DNA of 64,000 nucleotides from Calditrichia bacterium (GTDB lineage Bacteria > Calditrichota > Calditrichia > RBG-13-44-9 > J075): assembly GCA_050633245.1 (NCBI GenBank), contig JBOEGD010000022.1, positions 42,076 to 106,075 of the forward strand, read 5' to 3'. The translations under genes and the position numbers were made by a program. Under the pieces are notes generated by a model, which was given only the letters and a program-made list of their open reading frames with translations, ran no database searches and had not been told where the DNA came from. Positions 37,161 to 48,258 of the stretch are shown piece by piece. Positions within the stretch are counted from its first letter, which is position 1. Each line of letters opens with the position of its first letter.

Positions 37161-38579
37161 ATGTCACGTAAAACGCTTCACTTGTTCATATCATTCTCTA
37201 TTCCCCTGGCTGTACTTTTTATACCTGCCTCCATGATTCCGATTGAGGGTTTAACTCTTATTGAACAGCGGGTTATGGCTATCTTTGTAATGGCGACATT
37301 GCTGTGGATTTTGGAGCCGATTCCGATCTTTTCTACTTCAGTGCTTATTATTCTTTTGGAATTGGTCGTTTTGTCGAACAAGAGCTTTATTCTTTTTCAG
37401 AATACTTCAGCAGCAGCCGATTTCGGCAGGGTCATTCCCTATGAACAGATAATGGCTACATTTGCTTCGCCCATTATTCTGCTGTTTCTGGGTGGTTTTT
37501 TCCTGGCTATGGCAGCAACAAAATATCGTCTCGACGTAAACTTGGCGAGAGTTCTGCTGCGTCCATTCGGCGTGCGTCCCAAATGGGTGTTGCTTGGTTT
37601 GATGACCATTACCGCAGTGTTCTCAATGTTTATGAGTAACACTGCAACTACCGCTATGATGCTGGCGTTGCTAACTCCGATACTTGCTGCCTTTGATGCA
37701 AACGACGGCGGTAAAAATGCCTTTGTATTGGGTATTCCCTTTGCCGCGAATGTGGGTGGAATTGGAACACCTATTGGAACACCGCCAAACGCAGTTGCTC
37801 TGAAGTATTTGAGTGGTGAAAATGCTATCGGGTTCGGAAGCTGGATGACGTTTGCCGTGCCATTTGTAATCGTGTTACTGTTTTTTACCTGGTTCTTATT
37901 ATTGCACTTTTTTCCACCGTCAGCGCCTGAACTTAGAATGGAAATAAAAGGTTCATTCCTGAAAAACCGTAAAGCTTTGGTTGTCTACGGCACGTTTATT
38001 TTGACAATCCTGCTTTGGTTAACCGACGCCTTTCACGGAATGAATTCCTATATCGTCGCCTTAATCCCGGTTGCTGTTTTTACCACTACCGGGATTATTA
38101 CCACGGCAGATATGAAGCGAATCAGTTGGGATGTGCTGTGGCTTGTCTCCGGTGGTATCGCGCTGGGGATGGCTTTGGAGGAAAGTGGATTAGCTGCAAA
38201 CCTCATTCGGAGTATTCCTTTTGAGGCCTTTCCGGCATTATCTATAGTTTTTATTACTACTCTGATCGCAATTGTCATGGCTACATTTATGAGTAATACT
38301 GCTACGGCGAATTTATTGCTGCCCATCGTCGCCGCTTTGGGAGTAAGCCTGGGAGGGCTTGAGCCATTGGGAGGTAGTAAAATGATACTGCTCGGCGTTA
38401 CCTTCGCATGTTCACTGGCGATGTCTCTGGTCATAAGTACGCCACCTAATGCGATGGCACAAGCTACCGGCCTCATTGAAAGTCGTTCGATGATGAAAAG
38501 CGGCATAATTATAGGTGTCGTGGGGCTGTGTGAAGTATATGCAATGCTTTATATCTTAAAACAGGTTGGTTTCCTGTAA
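37161..38579 (+). CDS. SLC13/DASS family anion transporter
   Basis: MFMSNTAT twice, GGIGTPIGTPPN and STPPNA motifs; many TM segments. Confidence 0.93.
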   Translation: MSRKTLHLFISFSIPLAVLFIPASMIPIEGLTLIEQRVMAIFVMATLLWILEPIPIFSTSVLIILLELVVLSNKSFILFQNTSAAADFGRVIPYEQIMATFASPIILLFLGGFFLAMAATKYRLDVNLARVLLRPFGVRPKWVLLGLMTITAVFSMFMSNTATTAMMLALLTPILAAFDANDGGKNAFVLGIPFAANVGGIGTPIGTPPNAVALKYLSGENAIGFGSWMTFAVPFVIVLLFFTWFLLLHFFPPSAPELRMEIKGSFLKNRKALVVYGTFILTILLWLTDAFHGMNSYIVALIPVAVFTTTGIITTADMKRISWDVLWLVSGGIALGMALEESGLAANLIRSIPFEAFPALSIVFITTLIAIVMATFMSNTATANLLLPIVAALGVSLGGLEPLGGSKMILLGVTFACSLAMSLVISTPPNAMAQATGLIESRSMMKSGIIIGVVGLCEVYAMLYILKQVGFL

Positions 38580-39934
38580 TGAAAAACTTTTATCAAAATC
38601 TGAATATGAACGTGTTGATCAGCGTCTATTTTACGAATCCGGAAAAGAGGCTGACGTTGAAGAAAGGCGACTGCCTGATGCGCCAGGGAGGAAAGAATAA
38701 TCGACTCTATCTGGTTCTGGAGGGAGAATTATCCGGGCAGGTGAAGGGGCCTGAAGACAGCTCATTGGAATTGTTTCGCGTGGCGCCGGGTATGTTTGCC
38801 GGGGTTCACAGCTTTTTTTCACGATCCTATATAAGCAGCACCACTATTACAGCCTTGAAAAACAGTCTTGTTGCTTATATCGATCAACATCAACAAGCCT
38901 ACGAGAGTGAGCAGAGTGAAAGCCTTTTCGAGCAGTTCATGCCGGTAGTTGTAGGTGACCTTGCCTATCGGCAGCAGCTTGCGCACAAAATGTCTGTTGA
39001 AAAGCAGCAGGCGTTGAAACAGGTGATCGAGTCAGAAAAGTTAGCATCGCTTGGGCAAATGGCCGCTGGAATTGCCCATGAGTTGAATAATGCAGCTGCC
39101 GTTTTACAGCGAAATACCCACTGGTTGTCTGAACAGCTTGCGGGCATGTTTTCGCAGGATCACCCGCGGGTGTACCCGTTTTACGAGAGCGGCAGAAGCA
39201 AAGGTCGAAGTCTTTCGACACGAGAGATACGCCACCGCCGTAAGGAGCTGCAAAAACGCTATCGCCTCTCCGATGATGTCTACCGAATTGTATCGGAGAC
39301 TGAGGTCCCGGATAGTATGCTGCCGGAATCGGAGGCAGATCTGGCCGAAAATGCGGTTAATATGAACAGATTCTGGGAAATCGGCGCAACACTTCATGGG
39401 ATGCAGCTTGCTGCTGATCATGCTGCTCATGTTGCACGTTCGGTAAAAACGCTGGGTGCGCCCAGCTCGGCACGGCAACCCGATCAAGATGTCCCCGAAA
39501 CAATTCGACAGGCTCTTACATTATTGCATCACCCATTGCGGCAGGTCAGCGTTTCCACTCACCTTGCACCGGTCCCCGGCATTACGGCAAATAAGGGGGA
39601 GTTAGTGCAAATCTGGGTCAACTTAATCCGAAATGCCTGTGAAAGCTTGAAGCAGAGCCGTGCAGAAACCCGGCAAATCGATATTTTAGTTGAAGCGAGT
39701 CGAACGTTTTTGACAGTGAGAATTCAGGATAACGGTCCCGGTATAGCCCCCGAGCTATTGCCGACTATCTTTCAACCCAATGTAACGACCAAGGTCGATG
39801 GATTGTCCTTTGGTCTGGGTCTGGGTTTAAGTATTGTGCAGCGTCTGGTTGAGAGCTATGGTGGATCGATTACCGCGGAAAGTTCTAAAACACACACTGT
39901 ATTTCAAGTAAGGTTTCCTTTGAAGGTGATTTAA
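38579..39934 (+). CDS. Cytoplasmic histidine kinase with N-terminal cNMP-binding domain
   Basis: LMRQG..N.RLYLVLEG cNMP fold; EKLASLGQMAAGIAHELNN H-box; NLIRNA, DNGPGI, GLGLGLS; TAATG coupling to the transporter. Confidence 0.9.
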   Translation: MKNFYQNLNMNVLISVYFTNPEKRLTLKKGDCLMRQGGKNNRLYLVLEGELSGQVKGPEDSSLELFRVAPGMFAGVHSFFSRSYISSTTITALKNSLVAYIDQHQQAYESEQSESLFEQFMPVVVGDLAYRQQLAHKMSVEKQQALKQVIESEKLASLGQMAAGIAHELNNAAAVLQRNTHWLSEQLAGMFSQDHPRVYPFYESGRSKGRSLSTREIRHRRKELQKRYRLSDDVYRIVSETEVPDSMLPESEADLAENAVNMNRFWEIGATLHGMQLAADHAAHVARSVKTLGAPSSARQPDQDVPETIRQALTLLHHPLRQVSVSTHLAPVPGITANKGELVQIWVNLIRNACESLKQSRAETRQIDILVEASRTFLTVRIQDNGPGIAPELLPTIFQPNVTTKVDGLSFGLGLGLSIVQRLVESYGGSITAESSKTHTVFQVRFPLKVI

Positions 39935-39944
39935 AAAGCGAGGT

Positions 39945-40433
39945 ATGCAGATGGAAAAACCTGAAATTATTTGCATTGATGATCAGCGTGAGATTTTGGC
40001 GGCATTAGCAAAGGACCTCGAACCGCTGAGATCGCATTTTTCCCTCACATTCTGCGAGTCTGCGAATGAGGCAGAAGAGGTTATTGATGAGTTTGATGCT
40101 GAAGGAAAGCCCATTGCGCTAATCCTTTGTGATCATGTTATGCCCGGAAAGAACGGCGTGGATTTTATGATTGACTTAAATAAGCAAGCTCGATTTTCAA
40201 CGCTAAAAAAGATTCTTCTAACTGGTCAGGCGACACATCGTGACACGATAGTCGCAATAAACGAAGCGGCAATCGACCGCTATATTGAAAAGCCCTGGAA
40301 GCAAGATGATCTATTGAAAGCGATCCGTGTTCTGATAACGGAATTTCTATTCCATTCCGGGAATGTTTATCAGACTTACATTGAACAGCTCGATCAGCAG
40401 ACCCTTTATCGGTTGTTGCGCAAAAATTCCTGA
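39945..40433 (+). CDS. Single-domain response regulator
   Basis: ICIDD, CDHVMPG, LLTG and YIEKPW receiver motifs. Confidence 0.92.
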   Translation: MQMEKPEIICIDDQREILAALAKDLEPLRSHFSLTFCESANEAEEVIDEFDAEGKPIALILCDHVMPGKNGVDFMIDLNKQARFSTLKKILLTGQATHRDTIVAINEAAIDRYIEKPWKQDDLLKAIRVLITEFLFHSGNVYQTYIEQLDQQTLYRLLRKNS

Positions 40434-40553
40434 TTGAATAAACCCGGTATCTGAACAGGAAAAACAATCACCTTGGAAAGAAATCGGGGATTCGATATAT
40501 TTTGCTTCCTTAGTGCCGTATTCAAAAACATCTGTTTAGTGGAGACATATAAT

Positions 40554-43500
40554 ATGGGACGTTTGTCCATCCTGCTTTTGCTATTGCCTTTTTGGGCCGT
40601 GGCTCAAGATCACCTGCTTATTTCTGAAGTTGTTGTCACACCGACTATCGGTGAATATGTCGAGATCCATAATCCGACTGCTTCCGCCATTGATTTGACG
40701 GATTATTATCTTACCGACGCAACGTTCGCAACCAACTCAGCTTATTACTACAACATTGTGACTGGTGCTGATGCCGGTGGTGGAACGTTTGGCGACTGGC
40801 TGGCTCGTTTTCCTGCCGGTGCATCCATACCCGCTGGTGCTTATCAGACGATTGCAATGAATGGGGCTGATTTTCAGACGGCCTATGGACAATCTCCTAC
40901 CTACGAATTGTTTGATGTCTCTTCAGCAGCTGATATGCTTGAAGGTTTACCGGGTTCGGTAAATAGTCAGGGTGGGTTGACCAATAGCGGTGAAGTCGCG
41001 ATACTTTTTCAGTGGGATGGCGTTAGTGATCTGGTTGCTGATGTCGACTATGTCGTTTGGGGAGATAAAGTTGAGGGTGTCGACAAAACGGGTGTTTCTA
41101 TTGACGGCCCGGATGCCGATTCCGATGTTTCAACGTATCTAGATGATGTTTCCATTGCCAATCAAATTGCAACCTCTGGTGGTCAGCCGCATAACGATGG
41201 TGAGTCTATTCAGCGTTTTGCAGCGACAGAAACTGACGAAATTACATCCGGTGGAAACGGAATTACCGGTAACAATGAGATGAGCGAGAATCTTGGTTCC
41301 TCCTTTATAACCGCGGTAGTAACACCTAATGCCGGGCCGCCTGCTTCAGATGCTCCGCAGATTAACAATGTGATGCGCAGTCCGGCTAATCCCAGCACCG
41401 AAGATGTCGTCACAATTACTGCTACGGTTACCGATGATGTGAGTCTTGTCAGCACCCGACTATTTACTTCTATTGCCGGTGCGGCTTTTGACAGCACCGA
41501 TATGGCGAACACCAGTGGCGATGAATTCAGCGCAATGATTCCGATTCAAGCCGAAGGCGTAGAAGTTCAGTATTTTATAAAAGCACGAGATGGTGATAAT
41601 CTTACTTCTTTGTCTGCAACAACCGCCTATACCGTTATCGCACCACTACAGGTGGTGCCGATTGCCGACATTCAGGCCAACCCTGGCAATTTTACCACTG
41701 TTCTTGTTGAAGCTATTGTTACTGTTGGTGCCGGGCGATTGATAACAACTCGAACGGATACCTATGTTCAGGATGCCTCCGGCCGTGGTATTAACGTATT
41801 CAGTTTTGATGAGCCAACCGTTCCACCGAATGATTTGCTGGTGCGTGGGAATGCGGTACGCGTTACCGGAACGGTGGAAGAGTTCAACGGTATTACCGAG
41901 ATTACCAACTATACGATTGAAGTAACCTCTACCGGGAATGCAGTTCCGGACGCGCTGGTGCTTACTACTCAGGCAGCAGGGAACACCGCTCTTGAAGGAA
42001 CACTGATTGAAACATCCGGATCAATAACCGATATTTCTGCGTTTGCCGATGCTGCAAACATTACTATCGATGATGGCAGCGGCAGTGTAACGGTACGCGT
42101 TTGGGCAACAACCGGCATTGATGTAACAGGCTTGGCTGTGAATGATGAAATTACCGTTCGCGCAGTCATGGATTTATTTAACGATACGGCGCAGTTGGTG
42201 CCCGCATATAATGATGACCTGCAGGTTGCCGGACAGAATCCCGGCGATGGCAGCGGTAGCGCTTCTATAACACCGGATAGTGTTGCTACGTCAGAAGCGA
42301 CCTCAGCAATGGTTAGCATTAATGGTGAAGGAATGTTTTCGTTGGAAAGCGTTTCCGTACGCGTTCCGCAGAGTTGGAGCTGGACCAATAGCGTCGGAGA
42401 TGTCCAGCTTGCTGGCAGTGGGTTTTCCGGTGCAACAGTTGACGTGCTTGGCAGTGTGATTAGCATTAGCGGAGCATCGGTGACAGATCTTTCTGCCGGG
42501 ACGATTACGATTAATAGTTTAACTGCACCTGCAACAGACGAGACGTCTGAATTTCAGGTTCGCACCGCGACTGCAGGGGGTACGCTAATTTCAATATCAG
42601 CTTCTCCCAAAATAATCGTTGGTGCCGGTGGCTTACCGTCTACGCCAATTGCCGATATTCAGGCAAACCCGAGTGGTTTTTCAACAGTGACAATTCAGGG
42701 TGTGGTTACTCAGGGCGCCGGTGTAACGATCGGAACACGAACCGATGCTTATGTTCAGGACGCCTCAGGACGTGGTATTAACGTGTTTAGCTTTGATGAG
42801 CCGACAATTCCGCCAAATGACTTGTTGGTACGAGGAAATGTCCTTCGACTTACCGGAACGATCGAAGAATTTAATGGCGTTACTGAGTTGACAAATTATT
42901 CTGCCGAATTAGTTTCCACCGGTAATCCAATTGTAGATCCTCTGGTGATTTCGACGCAAATTGCCGGTGATGTTACACTGGAAGGAACCTACGTTCAGGT
43001 CACCGGAATTGTGAACGATATTGTCCCTGGTTTGGGTGGCGGAACCAATATTGACCTGAATGACGGCAGCGGAGAAGTAACCATCCGCGTTTGGGATGCG
43101 ACCAATATTAATCTGGCATTTATCTCACAAGATGATACTATCACCGTCCGCGGTGTGATCGACATCTTCGATAACGATACGCAGGTATCGCCTGGCTATC
43201 AGGATGAAATTACAATTTTTGGAAGTGGCTCTGCGGGTGACGGTAGCGGTTTCGCATCGATCTCTCCAGACACAGCAAGTATTGATGCTGCTCTTGATGT
43301 TACCCTGAAGATTTGGGGCAATTTGTCCGATACGCTTGAAACGGCGAAGATCACTGTGCCGTACAATTGGGCATGGAGTGGGCAGGAAAGTGCGGTAACG
43401 GTTACTGGTAGTGGTGCTGCCGGTGCTTCTGTTCAAATTCTTCGCGAATTCGATGAGCTGTTTGTTGAAATCTCCGGAGCAGCTATTACCGGACAAGATA

Positions 43501-44573
43501 CAGCTTATGTCGCGATCTCCGGGCTTACCGCCCCAGATCTATCTGTTTACTCGTATTTTTGGATTCGTACTGCGTCAGCCGGTGGAACCCCTTTCTTTAT
43601 TGCAGAAAGTCCTCGCATTCAAGTTGGCAATGAACCGATTCATCAAATGCGCGATATTCAAACCTACTCCGCTCAGTTTACGGGGGACGTTACCTTGCGT
43701 GGTGTTGTCACTATTGCCGATAACGTCATCCGAACAGATCGCACTTCAGCATATTTTCAAGACTTTTCCGGCTTTGGAATTAATATTAACGATGGTCAGG
43801 CACCGGGTGGACGTTTTCCGCGTGGTGCTGGAATTGAGATAACGGGTGGTATTTCTGTCTTTGGAGAAACGACACAGATTGCACCGAGCACGGTTACGAG
43901 TATTACCGGACTTCCTGATATTACACCTATTTCGCTTTCATCTGGCGATGCTGCAAGTCCACGTTATGATGGAACGCTTATTGAAGTCTCCGGTGTGGTA
44001 GTTGATAAGTTTACGACCTCGAGTATTCCGCCACTGGATTTTAACGTTGTGTTGAATGATGGAACCGGTGAGTTGACGGCACGAATTTGGTCTACTACCG
44101 GAATTAATCTGGATTCAATAAACGTCAATGATGCAGCAATTATCAGCGGTATTGGCGATGTGTTTGTCAATAATAGCGGCGTGCGTAGCTATCAGGTGGT
44201 GCCGGGATATCAGGATCAACTGGCACTCGATCCGAACTTTCAGCCGACATTGGCTGGAGTTAGCCTTAGCACGCCACCAAATCCATTTGTACCGACCCTT
44301 GGTGAAACGATCGACATTTCCTATAATGCCGGATCTGTTGCAAACCGAACTGTGGTGCGAATTTTTGACCTGGGTGGACGATTAGTAACAACGCTTCTCG
44401 ACGAAGAGGCCTCTCTGATTCAGAATGTTTTGGAATGGGATGGTCGGGATCGCTTTTTTAATCGCGTGCCGCTTGGTGCCTACATTTGTCATCTGGAAGT
44501 CGTTGAGCCGGTAACCGGTAAAAAAGAGCAGCGTACTGCCCCGATTGTTGTTGGTACAGTGCTGAGTCGTTAG
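40554..44573 (+). CDS. Large surface protein: lamin-tail domain, Ig-like domains, three tandem OB-fold pairs, FlgD-Ig/T9SS-type CTD
   Basis: HLLISEV...EYVEIHNPT..IDLTDYYL LTD; three repeats of IADIQ...YVQD.SG.GIN...G..E.NG.TE / EGT...DGSG...RVW; C-terminal PNPFVP...RIFDLGGRLV..L...WDGRD. Confidence 0.85.
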   Translation: MGRLSILLLLLPFWAVAQDHLLISEVVVTPTIGEYVEIHNPTASAIDLTDYYLTDATFATNSAYYYNIVTGADAGGGTFGDWLARFPAGASIPAGAYQTIAMNGADFQTAYGQSPTYELFDVSSAADMLEGLPGSVNSQGGLTNSGEVAILFQWDGVSDLVADVDYVVWGDKVEGVDKTGVSIDGPDADSDVSTYLDDVSIANQIATSGGQPHNDGESIQRFAATETDEITSGGNGITGNNEMSENLGSSFITAVVTPNAGPPASDAPQINNVMRSPANPSTEDVVTITATVTDDVSLVSTRLFTSIAGAAFDSTDMANTSGDEFSAMIPIQAEGVEVQYFIKARDGDNLTSLSATTAYTVIAPLQVVPIADIQANPGNFTTVLVEAIVTVGAGRLITTRTDTYVQDASGRGINVFSFDEPTVPPNDLLVRGNAVRVTGTVEEFNGITEITNYTIEVTSTGNAVPDALVLTTQAAGNTALEGTLIETSGSITDISAFADAANITIDDGSGSVTVRVWATTGIDVTGLAVNDEITVRAVMDLFNDTAQLVPAYNDDLQVAGQNPGDGSGSASITPDSVATSEATSAMVSINGEGMFSLESVSVRVPQSWSWTNSVGDVQLAGSGFSGATVDVLGSVISISGASVTDLSAGTITINSLTAPATDETSEFQVRTATAGGTLISISASPKIIVGAGGLPSTPIADIQANPSGFSTVTIQGVVTQGAGVTIGTRTDAYVQDASGRGINVFSFDEPTIPPNDLLVRGNVLRLTGTIEEFNGVTELTNYSAELVSTGNPIVDPLVISTQIAGDVTLEGTYVQVTGIVNDIVPGLGGGTNIDLNDGSGEVTIRVWDATNINLAFISQDDTITVRGVIDIFDNDTQVSPGYQDEITIFGSGSAGDGSGFASISPDTASIDAALDVTLKIWGNLSDTLETAKITVPYNWAWSGQESAVTVTGSGAAGASVQILREFDELFVEISGAAITGQDTAYVAISGLTAPDLSVYSYFWIRTASAGGTPFFIAESPRIQVGNEPIHQMRDIQTYSAQFTGDVTLRGVVTIADNVIRTDRTSAYFQDFSGFGININDGQAPGGRFPRGAGIEITGGISVFGETTQIAPSTVTSITGLPDITPISLSSGDAASPRYDGTLIEVSGVVVDKFTTSSIPPLDFNVVLNDGTGELTARIWSTTGINLDSINVNDAAIISGIGDVFVNNSGVRSYQVVPGYQDQLALDPNFQPTLAGVSLSTPPNPFVPTLGETIDISYNAGSVANRTVVRIFDLGGRLVTTLLDEEASLIQNVLEWDGRDRFFNRVPLGAYICHLEVVEPVTGKKEQRTAPIVVGTVLSR

Positions 44574-44606
44574 AAGCTAGAGGTAAGAGGCAAGACGTGA
44601 CCCCGC

Positions 44607-44630
44607 GTCAGGCTGAGCGAAGGCGAAGCC
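44607..44630 (+). repeat. Short REP-like element
   Basis: GTCAGGCTGAGCGAAGGCGAAGCC resembles the widespread GTCAxCCTGAGCGxAGTCGAAG intergenic repeat; preceded by degenerate heptamers. Confidence 0.45.
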
Positions 44631-44684
44631 AGAGCGACGAAAAAAGAAAATATCTGTTAACGATCTATAAAAGGACGAAAGTCG

Positions 44685-45581
44685 ATGAAAAAAGCCGAAA
44701 CCACTTATTTGCGGAGAATCCTATTAAGCTGCAGCATTTTGCTGATGCTTTCTCTGCAGATCCAGGCTGGACTATTTGATGACCGCTACCCAAGCGCCCG
44801 CGCGATGGGAATGGGCGGATCGGGTGTTGCAGATGCTCATGGTGTCTGGTCTGCCTACTACAACCCTGCCAGTCTTAGTCGTCAGGATAACCTTCAGCTT
44901 GGTAGCGCCTATACGCGTCCATTCAATCAGAAGTTCTTTCGCAACTTCTTTGGTGGTGGTGCAGCTGCAATCAACCCTCGATTTGGTGGCGTTGCCGTAG
45001 CTTTCGAATACTTCGGTGTTGATAATCAGAGTCAAAACCTGTCCGGCGAATATACTTTGGCGCTGTCCCACGGCTTTCATCTCTTAAAGGATGTGCACAG
45101 CTCTCTATCGTTTGGCTATTCGTTGAAAGGTTACCATTACTCCCTGGGAACGTCGGTTGATGGCCTTGAGTTGGGAAGCACGACAACGTTGGGTGTCGAT
45201 ATGGGATTCCAGGCTTCGATCTTTGGGCGCACGCATATTGGTGTTTATTTGCTGAACATGAACTCACCACAAATCGGTGAAGGCAGCAAAGAAGAATTAC
45301 CGCAGCGCTTGATGGCAGGCATTTCCTACAAGCCGTATGATGGTGTTACAACCAGCCTGGATTTTAATCGACAGCTACAGTCTAACGACACGGAAGTTTG
45401 GGCAGGAGCAGAATTTCGCGTTTTCGACTATGTGTTGCTTCGCTTTGGCGGCACAAGTAACCCGAACCGCTTCTCAGCAGGAGTTGGACTCGATCTCCAG
45501 CAAATTTCAATTGATTACGGTATGCGAACGCATAGTGATCTTGGTGAAACGCATCTTATCGGATTAAGCTACGATTTCTAA
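44685..45581 (+). CDS. PorV/PorQ/PorP-like T9SS outer-membrane beta-barrel
   Basis: Signal peptide, SARAMGMGG...YYNPASL hatch motif, about 300 aa of amphipathic strands, C-terminal LSYDF. Confidence 0.8.
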   Translation: MKKAETTYLRRILLSCSILLMLSLQIQAGLFDDRYPSARAMGMGGSGVADAHGVWSAYYNPASLSRQDNLQLGSAYTRPFNQKFFRNFFGGGAAAINPRFGGVAVAFEYFGVDNQSQNLSGEYTLALSHGFHLLKDVHSSLSFGYSLKGYHYSLGTSVDGLELGSTTTLGVDMGFQASIFGRTHIGVYLLNMNSPQIGEGSKEELPQRLMAGISYKPYDGVTTSLDFNRQLQSNDTEVWAGAEFRVFDYVLLRFGGTSNPNRFSAGVGLDLQQISIDYGMRTHSDLGETHLIGLSYDF

Positions 45582-45596
45582 AAAACCAATCGGACA

Positions 45597-48242
45597 ATGA
45601 CCGAAATGAGTAAATTGAGACAAAAAAATATGAGTATCGCCCGGCAAAACGATCGCTTTGGTTTTATGCGTTCTCTGATTTGTGTGCTGCTGTGTGCCTT
45701 TTGCATAACCTCGCTTTATGCGCAGTCGGATTCTTATTCATCCGAAAATCAGCTCGACATCAACAATGCGACCTACGAGGAGATTGTAAAGCTGCCCGTG
45801 TCTCTGGCTATTGCCGAACGACTATATGAACGCATTCAGCGTAGCGGGCCGTTTACAAGTATCTTTGAGCTGCGTGAAATAGAAGGTATTAGTCAACGCG
45901 TTCTTTTGCGATTGAAACCGCTTGTTCGCATTGAGCCTTATGTCGCGCAAACCGAGCGAGAAAGTCGTATCGAAAACCTTTATGTAAAGCTGGATCGTTG
46001 GAGTGGCCGTGAAGGCACCAATCAGGCACTGGTAGACTCCTGGATTGAACAGGCACTTGAACCGGTAGATGTAAATACGATTAGCTTTGGTGAGCTACTG
46101 AATCTGCAGGGAGTTTCACCCGTAGATGCCGCTGCAATTATCAATTATCGCAATGAAGTGGGTAAAATATCCAGTGCTCGCGATATGCGTAGTATTCCAT
46201 ACCTATCCTACTTTGGCTATCGCAATGCCCGCGACTTCCTAAGCTTTAGCGAAAATCAGAAGAAGCGTGAGTTTCACGGTTCAATTCGCTTCCGGTCTAC
46301 AAATACACCGTTCTTTAGCGAAGAAGCCGAAGCCGGTGAAGATCTGGATTTACCTGCCGGTCAGGCAAACGATTATCCCGATTATTACACTCGCTTTGTT
46401 GGTAATATTGGCTCTGATATCAAAATTGGCTATTCATTCTGGCATGCGTTGGAAGAACCGGTTCTTAGCTACGACATCGCTGGTCTGGAAATTCCGCGTG
46501 CCAAATGGTATGTAGGTCTAGAAGACAAGAGCTGGGGTGCACTAAAGCTCAAGAAATTTTATGTTGGAAACTACTCGCTGGCATTTGGCGAAGGAATCGT
46601 TATGGAAAACACCGATTTCTTTACACCGCGTAAGACCGGCTTTGGCTTTCGTAAGCGTTTTATCGGCTTGTCTGGCGATAATTCCCGTACGCGTCAGTAT
46701 AAACTGACCGGCGCAGCAGCACAGTTTGGAATCGGCAAAGCTCACTTGTATCTCTTTGGCTCCTTCGATCAACGCGATGCCATTCTTGGCCGCGAGCCGA
46801 TTCTTGTCGGTGCTGAGGGCGAAGAAGAACTAATCAATCCGGTGAGCCATTTAATTGTGCTCGATCAGCGTTTCGAATATGCCCCTGATGACTCTGCCCG
46901 CATCCGCGCCGAGCTGCCGTGGCGAGATTCCGTGAAGGAATTGACCTATGGTTTTCACACTGCTTATGACATTCTGCCAACGACGCAGCTTGGCTTTACC
47001 TACTATGAGAGCGCTTACGACCGTCCGTTAAGACCGCCAACCACCGCCGAAGAAAGTGCCGACATTGTACTGCCTGCTGAAACACGCCAGATTGATTTCC
47101 CCGATAATGAAATCTTTAACTCTTACGGCGGCCGCGTCTCTGATGGAGAGAATCCGTTCTGGAGTGAAGCAAAAGCTTTCCGTCGCGTCTATGGACTTGA
47201 TTTCCGCTCGGTTTATGAGAATGTCTCTTTTCAAGCCGAATATGGAGAGCTTGATACCGGTGAAGGGCTTTCTCTTTTTGGAGCCAGTGGAGACAATCCC
47301 TGGGCCTTTACCGCCAGTGCCTATGTGCAGTACAATAATTTTAACTTCATGGGGCTGTATCGCAATTATCAGATAGGCTTCGACAATCCCTATCAGCGAT
47401 CGTTCTCCAACTATCGCCGCTTTAAACGCGGGGTATATGAAGACTATTTCTACCTGCAGTCCGGCCTGTATGGCCAGTTGTATTCAAACAATCCGCAGCC
47501 ACAGGCCGAAGAAGGATTCTATTTTCTCACTCGCTATCAGGTGAACCGCAAAACCACACTGACTGTTGAATACGATAACTGGTTGCGCAATGCCGATGAT
47601 GTGCCACAGTATCGCCTTCGTGGCACTCTGCAATTCCGACCGATTTTCCCGATAGATATTTCGTTACGTCAGAAGTATCAGGGACGCGAAGTACAGAACA
47701 ATCAAAGCATTGAATATTTTGAAAATCTGGAGTTTCGCGGCCGGGTGCGCTTTCGCCTGTCCCGCTTTAATAGTCTGAGCATTGACTATGGAAGTAATGC
47801 TGTAAAATTCCGCCCACGTCCGCGCCTGTTTTTTGGTACGGAGCCGGGATCAGAAACCGGACAGGATAACCTGGCTGGAAATGCCGCTATTGACGGTGAA
47901 TTTCTCGGTGGAAACTATACACACAATTTTAATGAATGGCTGAAAGTTAGTGGTGGACTCGTCTACTATCGCGGCTTTTACTGGACCTTTGAAGATACCC
48001 AATTCCTGGTGCTCGACAGCGATCGCGGTGCCATGCGATATTGGACCTCCTTCTATTCGCGTATCAGTAACCAGCTAAGCATGCGTTTAAAGTATTCACG
48101 TGATCGTCAGGCCGTTGGAACGTTTGCACAAACACGCGAGACGAATAATGATCCGGTTATTGAACCCGGCGTTGCCACAGAAGCCGACTACATTCAGGGT
48201 AAACAAGATGTCTTTTATCTCGAGCTTAATTACAATTTCTAA
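45597..48242 (+). CDS. Helix-hairpin-helix (ComEA-like, two copies) outer-membrane beta-barrel protein
   Basis: LDINNATYEEI...GPFTSIFELREIEGI and VDVNT....L..L.GV....A.AII.YR...G HhH_3-like domains; GNYSLAFGEGI; C-terminal YLELNYNF; start may be 45630 or 45666. Confidence 0.82.
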   Translation: MTEMSKLRQKNMSIARQNDRFGFMRSLICVLLCAFCITSLYAQSDSYSSENQLDINNATYEEIVKLPVSLAIAERLYERIQRSGPFTSIFELREIEGISQRVLLRLKPLVRIEPYVAQTERESRIENLYVKLDRWSGREGTNQALVDSWIEQALEPVDVNTISFGELLNLQGVSPVDAAAIINYRNEVGKISSARDMRSIPYLSYFGYRNARDFLSFSENQKKREFHGSIRFRSTNTPFFSEEAEAGEDLDLPAGQANDYPDYYTRFVGNIGSDIKIGYSFWHALEEPVLSYDIAGLEIPRAKWYVGLEDKSWGALKLKKFYVGNYSLAFGEGIVMENTDFFTPRKTGFGFRKRFIGLSGDNSRTRQYKLTGAAAQFGIGKAHLYLFGSFDQRDAILGREPILVGAEGEEELINPVSHLIVLDQRFEYAPDDSARIRAELPWRDSVKELTYGFHTAYDILPTTQLGFTYYESAYDRPLRPPTTAEESADIVLPAETRQIDFPDNEIFNSYGGRVSDGENPFWSEAKAFRRVYGLDFRSVYENVSFQAEYGELDTGEGLSLFGASGDNPWAFTASAYVQYNNFNFMGLYRNYQIGFDNPYQRSFSNYRRFKRGVYEDYFYLQSGLYGQLYSNNPQPQAEEGFYFLTRYQVNRKTTLTVEYDNWLRNADDVPQYRLRGTLQFRPIFPIDISLRQKYQGREVQNNQSIEYFENLEFRGRVRFRLSRFNSLSIDYGSNAVKFRPRPRLFFGTEPGSETGQDNLAGNAAIDGEFLGGNYTHNFNEWLKVSGGLVYYRGFYWTFEDTQFLVLDSDRGAMRYWTSFYSRISNQLSMRLKYSRDRQAVGTFAQTRETNNDPVIEPGVATEADYIQGKQDVFYLELNYNF

Positions 48243-48258
48243 TCAGGAGACGGCTACT

